From: the human T2T-CHM13v2.0 reference genome, Homo sapiens
Strand: one strand, 5' to 3'
DNA length: 64,000 nucleotides
Assembly: GCF_009914755.1 (NCBI RefSeq)
Contig: NC_060935.1
Within the stretch, counting starts at the first letter, position 1, and each line of letters opens with the position of its first letter. Positions 56,201-64,000 of this stretch are shown piece after piece. The translations under genes were made by a program, and so were the position numbers. A model generated the notes under the pieces. That model made no database searches, was not told the DNA's origin, and saw only the letters and a program-made list of their open reading frames with translations.

Positions 56201-57925
56201 TATAAATTTATTTTAAAATGTCCATTTTTATAAAGCACTGGAAATCATAACCTTTACGACTATTTAAATATATAATGGAAAGAAATTTTGTACAAGGAGA
56301 TAAATAATTTCACAAAATTATTTTAGCGATTACACAATCATTTTCAAAACCACTGACATTGTGCAGCTATTAAATTCAGAGTAGTAAATCAGACATTTTC
56401 AATAATTTCTATGTGATGGCTAATAGTACTTGAAGCTGTTCATAGGTTTAAAATATTTTCTTGGGTATTTTTCTGTATTATTTAGGGTCTCACATAGTGT
56501 CCACTATATCTTTTTATCTTCCCTTCCAGTTCTAGCCAAACAAAAACAAAAAAGGTAGAGGATAGCGTTGTTACAAGATGATGGAAACATTTAAAAAATA
56601 AACAATACTTTCTTCAGAATGATACTTTTGCTGACGTGATCATAGTCCGCACATGTTAGCAGAAAGACTTTGTCGCTCAGGTGGCCCCATGAAATCTTTA
56701 TTCAGTGTTAGCACTCTGGGGCTCTGTCTCTGGCTAGATTCTCCAGATTTATAATCACCAAGGAAGCAGTGTGCTGAGTAGAACAAGCTCAGGCTACCAC
56801 GTCACAGTTTCTTTGTTTTGAATCCTGGTTTTGCCACTTAATGGTTTCATAACCTTGGATAATTGCCATCACGTTTCCAAGAATATTTTCTCATTTGTAC
56901 AATAAAGAAAGTGACACTACTTCTTAGTTGTGTGTGGAGTCAAGTTAAAATAGATAAAGTAATTGTGTGTTACTGGACACTTAGTAGTCAAACTCAATTA
57001 GACTTAATTAATTATAAATATAATAATTTTTTTGGAGATGATAAAAATTGAGGCTTCAGTGTCAGCATGAATAAATGTTGAGAGGAATCTAACTAAGTGT
57101 ACAAGCACATATTAGATTATTTTGAATTTGCATCTCTCAGCACATAGTAGTTACTCAATGAATATTAATTTCATGAAAAATGAATGAGTAAACTCTTCTT
57201 TATTTTTACCTGAATTTTTCCCTGCCAGAGAGGCTTTCTCTGATCACACTTTGTAAAACTGAAACCCTTTTTTCCTGACCTATTCTCACTCCTCCTGCTG
57301 CATTTTCTTCATAGCACTTATTGCCATCTAACATACTGTATATCTTATTTATGTATGTATTTCTTATCTAGTCCCATACTAGAAAAGTCAGCTCGTGACA
57401 GCTTACATTTTTGTCTGTTTTCTGCATTGCTTTATCCACAGGGTTAGACTAATGCCTTGCACAGAGTAAATGCTGGATAAACTTATAAGTGAAAGATTAA
57501 ATGAGTGAATTGATAAAAGATTGAATAAATATTAATATATTTGTCAACAATAATAACAAAAAGTGAATATACTATTCATGAGACAGCTGTAAGTTTACTT
57601 TTTCTTCTTTTTAGAATATTCTTCTCAACGTTGGCCCATTCAGATCTGAAACTTGACTTTTTTTTCACTTAAGGACATTCCTTGGCCACATTTATATGAT
57701 TGTGAGCAGTTTTCTTTGGTAGGTGGTTAGTGATAGGAGCCATTTCACAAGAAGAGTTGGCCTTAACTAGAGATGCAGAAATCTTCTAACATGTAAGAAT
57801 GTAGAGGATATGGACACAAGGATAGATAAGTGGGTAGATATGGTTTTGGTGGTAGTCATGTAGACAGAAAAATTGTCAACTGAGAGTATAGGTATCAGAT
57901 TTTTTTTAAAAAAGAGAGAGAAAGT

Positions 57926-58223
57926 GGCTGGGCATGGTGGCTCACGCCTGTAATCCCAGCACTTTGGGAGGCTGCGGTGGGCGGATCACCTGAGGTTAAA
58001 GACCAGCCAGGCCAACATGGGGAAACCCCGTCTGTACTAAAAATACAGAAAAAAGAGGTAGCTGGGCATGGTGGCAGATGCCTGTAATCCCAGCTACTTG
58101 GGAGGCTGAGGCAGGAGAATGGCTTGAACCCGGGAGGCAGAGGTTGCAGTGAAGCTGAGATTGCGCCATTACACTCCAGCCTGGGCAACAAGAGAGAGAC
58201 TCCGTCTCAAAAAAAAAAAAAAA
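57926..58223 (+). mobile_element. AluS inserted within an L2-like region
   Basis: Full dimer; TSD aaa(ga)n aagt on both sides. Confidence 0.93.
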
Positions 58224-58299
58224 GAGAGAGAGAGAGAAAGTATTACAGCATGGCAGCCTCAAAGATCTACTCAAAGTTAGTAATCATTAATATAAAATA

Positions 58300-59250
58300 A
58301 AACAATTTACTCAGAATAGCTGTGCTTTTTTCCAGCTATGTTAATGTGCATGAGTACAAATCGATAGTAGATGGAGTGATGGGTTTAACTAGGGTTGTAT
58401 TTAAACCATGGGCTTATGACAAACTGAAACAAGAGCTAGAGAGTTGAGGGCATTTGCACCCAATTGAGTATAATGATTGCCCATTAGGATACATAAAGAC
58501 AAAAGTGAAGGCACAAAGGGAGGAAAGGATAGTAAAAATATGATAGGATCAATGAACTGATAATCTGGCTCAAGAGAATGTTGGAATTGCAGTTTATAGG
58601 GAGTGAACTAGAACTATGAATGTAATTATTGAATATCATGGAAGGCCTGCTACTATTGATCAAAAGTATGTCGTGGGAGCACATGAGTGAGACCGAGTAG
58701 GAGAAAACAGTTTTGAAGATAGAGATCAAAGAACTGAGAAGCCAGAGTACTAGAAAGATTATCTGTGTATATTGTAATTTCCAAGAGTAATTTTGGGAGT
58801 ATGTTGATAAGAGTTATATTAAGACATGAGTTTAAAATCTTCATAGATGTTAGGTAAGTGTCTCCAGGAGACAGAAGATGACTACCACAAGGAGTGGCAG
58901 TAGGAAGCATGAATTGACAATATGAGATTCGAATCTGTAAATTGTTTAGGAGGGAGGAAATATGGTCCTAAAGCAGCAATGAGGAGCAAGAAATTCACTA
59001 CCTCAGCAGTACGTATTGACATAGGAGACAAAGAGCTATCACTTGAGTGTGCTACATGGAAAGTGGGGTTTTAGGGGAGTCCCAGGTTTCAATTAGAGTA
59101 AGAAGGTGAAGGGATACAAAAGGCTTTGCCTTGACTTTGTGTAAAAAGGGAATAGTGAATTTGTTTCAAAAGTTGGGAAGGAGCGGGCGATCATCACAAA
59201 GGCAATCCCTGTTCCTGGTGGCATGAGGATCAGTTCCTGGGGAGTGAGGG
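58300..59250 (-). mobile_element. Degenerate L2 internal fragment
   Basis: Purine-rich + strand with L2-like motifs (aagcagcaatgaggagcaag, cccaggtttca.ttagag). Confidence 0.5.
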
Positions 59251-60619
59251 ATGATCTGGAAATTGTGGGCTCCTTGAAGTAACTGATAGGAACAGGGTTA
59301 AAAAGTACGATTATATTAGTCTCGATAGACCACTTGTGCATGTTCACAGGCAGAAAGCTGTGTGTAGAATATGGGGATAGAGGCCTATTGCTAAAATGGA
59401 GAGTTATAGGCTCCCTGTAGATTCCTGCTATTAGAAGAATTCTGAAATAGAGCCTTTTCTTTCCAGTACTCAAGTGACTCTTCAACCTACAAATGGCAGC
59501 CTTGCAGGGAAATGAGACGGCTCTCTTCAACAATACGTGATATTCTGTTTTGTGGAGATACCATAACTGATTAATTCCTGTGAGATGAAGCGTACTGTTA
59601 TAGCAGCTTTATTCTTTTAAAACCCTAATTTTGTTATATAGTCTAATCTGTTTAAGCAACTCTTGCCCAATTTATTAACTATCAACTATTTTTACATGGA
59701 CTTAACTTATTAAGTGAGGTTACAACCAGGCATACATATATTGAAGTGGCAAAACTGACAGTTTGATAATATTATAACTTATCTTACCACTGCTAGGAAA
59801 AGATCCACATGATTTATTAATGCTTTCTAAAAAAGCACTTAAGGCAGGTAATTAGAAAATCCTGGCATATCTAATTTGTTTCTGTCTAGTTAGAAAAAGT
59901 TATTATAGCTAAATAATAACCTCAGCAGCAGAGTGTTCTCACCAACGAGCCATAACTTGAAGCAGATAGAGTGAGGAGAGAGTGAGATGCCTGGGAAGGT
60001 GTGTACACTCTGAGGAAGAATCTTGATTTGTTCCTTGGCTCAAAAGTAGGGACAGAAGGAAAAGGAAATTTATTCATGACCTGAAGAAGATTTTGAAATC
60101 AAGTCCACAGGCAGCAAATAACAATGACAAAAGACTTACTCATCCATTGAAAGGACTATACATACCTTAAACAATTTGCAGGGAACATTGAAAACATATG
60201 GTTAGCTAAGCTGACAGTTCATACAAGCTCTTTAGCTACAGAAAAGGAACTCAATTTTTGTGCTGAATTAGGAGAAAGCAACAGATTAGATATGCTAGGA
60301 TTTTCTATTTATCTGCCTCACTTTTTGTTTGTTTAAAAAGCAAAAGAAAGTATTAAGTCACGTGGATCTTTTTTTTCATGAAAAAGATCCAGTTAAAGTT
60401 GTTATGAATCCCCTCTTTTAAATATAAGTACTTTAGTAACATTGAGGAGTCAGACAAACCTGGGGCAGAGTCGAGTTCACTTTTGAACAGTATTATTACC
60501 AGTAAAAGAGCAATAGAACAGTTTCTTACACATGAAGCTGGTATGAGGATGTAATGAGTAGACATGTGTAGAATATGTAACAACATGACTGGCACATAAG
60601 TTTCTAATGCATTATAGCC

Positions 60620-61170
60620 ATTCATGAGAAGAGATATACAATTTTGGAAGCCCCTTTTAAGAAAAAGATTACAAAAATACCAATACAAAATGAGGTGCAA
60701 AAGTAATGAGAATGGAAAAAATCACAAATTTATAAATTTTTTAAAACTCCAAAATAACATACACAAAAAGCAAAATCCAGTAGGTTAAAAATATTTTAAT
60801 CAACTGACTGCTAAACACATCTCTGTAATGCTTTTTGGGCTATATTTGTCTGCAAATTTAGAGATTTTAAATTATGTCTTTATATGATGTTTAAAAAATA
60901 TTTTATAAAGGGAATATAAAAGTAATTCAGTCTTTCCTCTTTCTCTAGCATGGTTAATTCTGTTTTTATTATTGATAGTTTCAAAGTTTCTTTCAGCTTC
61001 ATAATTCATCACTGGCAGTATTACGTACATTTTTAAGATTGTTGTGAATTTGGCAAAATCTCTAGTGTCTTTCATAGATTAGTTGAAATTTTTACAATTT
61101 CCTATAGTTTCTGGCTTCATGTATTCAGATCTTATTTCTCTTCCATTACCTGTGTTGGGCACCATAGAAC
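60620..61170 (-). mobile_element. hAT (Tip100/Zaphod-like) DNA transposon relic
   Basis: ORF 60872..61075 contains FAKFTTILKMYVILPVMNYEAERNF, resembling the hAT transposase C-terminal dimerisation motif (LPxxxxxAERxF). Confidence 0.65.
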
Positions 61171-62051
61171 ATATGTAAATTAACATACCACTCCTGAATA
61201 GAGAGCCAAAAGAAGGCTCTGATAACTATTGTTTCAGGTGGGCCTTCTTTTGAGAAGTCTCCAAGTCTTTAACTCTTCTGATGAAAACAGTGCTTTCCTC
61301 TATATTCAGACATATTTAACTACACTATATCTACAAATTCAGATATAGTGTTCTCTTAAAAGAAATATTTTCAGACAATTAAGCTATGAGCATGGATCAT
61401 AATCTTATGAGTTTTGCCATAAAGCAAAAGTCCTCTAACAGACCAATGCAAAGATTTATATCTTAGTAGAAATGTTTATTTAAAAAAAATGGTTAGTAAA
61501 TATTATTAGACTCAGAAAGGAAAGCATGTCAAGTCACAGGCCTTTGAACTGCTGATTGATGGGCCACTGGTGGGATGAGCAGCTCACCTCCCAGAAGTTC
61601 CTTGTCTCATTTAGCTGTGTCAGAAACTTACGTAAACGTTTTATCTGTGATGCTAATTTCTTCCTAGAAAGAAGTTACAGATCATATAGCCAAGAAAGTT
61701 CTATTCCAAATTATGTTTGAAATAAACCATGGAAGAAATTCAGCATTCCAGCCAAGTAACTTCCTCACATAACTTAACCTCTAAGAGTCTCGGTTTGTTT
61801 ATATAATGAGTGAGATGGATAATGTTTACTTAACCTGAGTTGTTTTGAAGATGATGTGACTTAATGTAAAAATATCTAGCACAAACTCAAGGACATTGTA
61901 AGTCCTCAGTAAATGCCAGTTCTCTTCTTTGGAAATATGGTGCAATTCCCTTTTTTTTTTTTTTTGTATGCTCACTATAATGATGAACATACATAAGTTT
62001 GGGATTAAATTATTGACTCTAGAGGCAGCAGTCTTAAATACAAAAGGAGAA

Positions 62052-62348
62052 GGCCGGACACTTGGTTCACGCCTGTAATCCTAGCACTTTGGGAGGCCAA
62101 GGCAGGTGGATCACCTGAGGTCAGGAGTTCGAGACCACCCTGGTCAACATGGTGAAACCCCGTCTCTACTAAAAATACAAAAATTAGCTGGGCATGGTGG
62201 CACGTGCCTGTAGTCCCAGCTATGTGGGAGGCTGAGGCAGGAGAATTGCTTGAACCTGGGAGGCGGAAGTTCCAGTGAGCCAAGATCACACCATTGCACT
62301 CCACCTTGGGCGACACAGCAAGACTCTGTCTCAAAAAAAAAAAAAAAA
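62052..62348 (+). mobile_element. AluSx-like
   Basis: Full dimer; TSD aaaaggagaa at 62042-62051 and 62349-62358. Confidence 0.94.
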
Positions 62349-64000
62349 AAAAGGAGAAAAGAAACAAGATGCCATGCCATTTCCTAGGTCATGAACAAAA
62401 GATGGAAAGTATCATGTGGAAACTGACTGGTTGTGACTGAATTTTTATAAAAGTGAAACAATTGAAATATAAATAATTGACAATATCTCCGTTCTCCCTG
62501 TCAGAAAATTATCTTCATGCAGGGGAAACCAAGACAAAGTTCTTGGTATGTGTAACAACTAGAGTGTTAAGAAAATTGGTTATTATAATTTATTATGGCC
62601 TTCCAGTGGATTAAGCATAGACTACTTACAAATTGTCTCTCAATTTGTACAACACTCTTATGAATACAGTTTTATTATTCTCATATTAAGTAGTAACAGC
62701 AGAATTTTATCATCATTTAGTAATTTGTCCAAGGTCAGATGATTAGAAATATATGCACCTTTCAAACCCAGAACATCCCTACTCTAATCCATGGTCTTTG
62801 TTCAGTACCACACTGCTGTTCCTGTATGTTCTGAGGAGCATTATTACTTAATCAAAAAGATAATTTTCATTGCATTTATTTTAAAGGTGAAGTCAGTAAT
62901 TTATTTTATAGTGATCGGTGTTTACTTACGGTGACAAGTACATTCTAACTGAGGTACTATATCTAGTTCCAGATAAATACATATAGGTTGAAAAGGCAAA
63001 TATTAGGGCTCTAGTACTGGCCACTTTGAATAGACGAAGACCTTAGTTCTGGAGCAGTTTTCTAGAGTCACAAGTTGTTCCAGGGACTGACTATACAGGT
63101 ATCTGGTCCTGGTGAAAGTTTCCTGGGAAGGATAGGCTAGCCAGTAAGGAGATGGAAGTCTTTAAGGAGCTTAGTTGTAGTTTCAGTTTTTGTTTTTTCC
63201 TTTGTAAATTAACAATTAGTATGGCCATACTTCTGAGTATCAGCAAGGTGTCAGTCCTGAATATACTGCTCAAGAAAACATACTTTGGATAGAAATACTC
63301 AAATTTTAATAGTAGCTGTTTATTCATGGTGGGATTGTTAGTGACTTTTATTTTCTTCTTTATACTTTTAATTAATTATTTCAACATATATTAATTAAAG
63401 GCCAACTGTATGGCATGCACTCCTCTATCCCTAGATTTCAGAAGTAAATAAGACAAGGTGCTTACTCCTGTTATTTTTGTTGATGTTACATTTTTAATTA
63501 GAAAATATTCAACTGAATTAAAGAAAGTATATCAAATCATTGGATGGTAAGATGAGGAAAAGGCTTGAGAAAAATTAATATTGTGCTTTAAAAGATTATA
63601 TTGCATTTATGAAAAATACATGGCAAAAAGCTGAGTAGTTTATCAAGTGTGGACACCTCCAATATTTTAGCAATTCAATTGAGAGTATTCAATTTGAATA
63701 AATGCTACTGAAATGTCTATTTAATATGCAAATGCCAATACAATATTGAGTGACCACAAGAGTTACCTTTAGAGGGACTCTGCTTCCAAGTTAAGAGTCT
63801 GCTCTGGTCAAGATTGAGTGAGAGTTCTCATTGTAATTTAATAAACATGATGATGCTTACATGTAGCTTCTTATTTCTTCAAGAAATTTGCAAGGCGGGG
63901 GAAAGATGTCAAGTCTGATTTCAGAAATTGTCAAAGACTTTCAATACTTAGGCTTCAAATGCTGGCTTTACAATCTTCTTTCTTATTTAACGTTTTTAGA

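Noticed and set aside
59093-59533. 146-aa minus-strand ORF
   Set aside because: Non-ATG start, partly in degenerate L2, no recognisable motifs.
60872-61075. Possible domesticated transposase
   Set aside because: Only a short degenerate motif with an apparent frameshift after AERNF; a relic.

Overview
This is AT-rich, Alu/L1-containing primate DNA, recognisable as part of the human ANO3 (TMEM16C) locus. It holds eight internal ANO3 coding exons on the + strand (6458-40446). I checked the GT-AG boundaries and phases by hand, and they splice into one continuous anoctamin frame running from the cytosolic N-terminal region to TM2. The last intron runs past the window end and contains the MUC15 coding exons and promoter on the - strand (5 exons; its 3' UTR probably extends to ~39700). 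The rest is intronic repeat sequence: 7 Alus, several L1s, MIR/L2, MaLR LTRs, DNA-transposon relics and microsatellites. No prokaryotic-type systems (CRISPR, rRNA, tRNA) are present. Best leads: (1) MUC15 exon 2 is an exonised MIR that supplies both splice sites and an ATG. (2) That exon puts an ATG in exon 1 in frame with MUC15, giving a possible ~450-aa form with an extra hydrophobic segment; skipping it turns the same ORF into an overlapping uORF. (3) The long MUC15 3' UTR runs antisense across an ANO3 coding exon, depending on poly(A) site choice. (4) A candidate ANO3 poison exon lies next to the MUC15 promoter. Gene names, exon numbers and repeat subfamilies come from recognition and memory, not from database searches.
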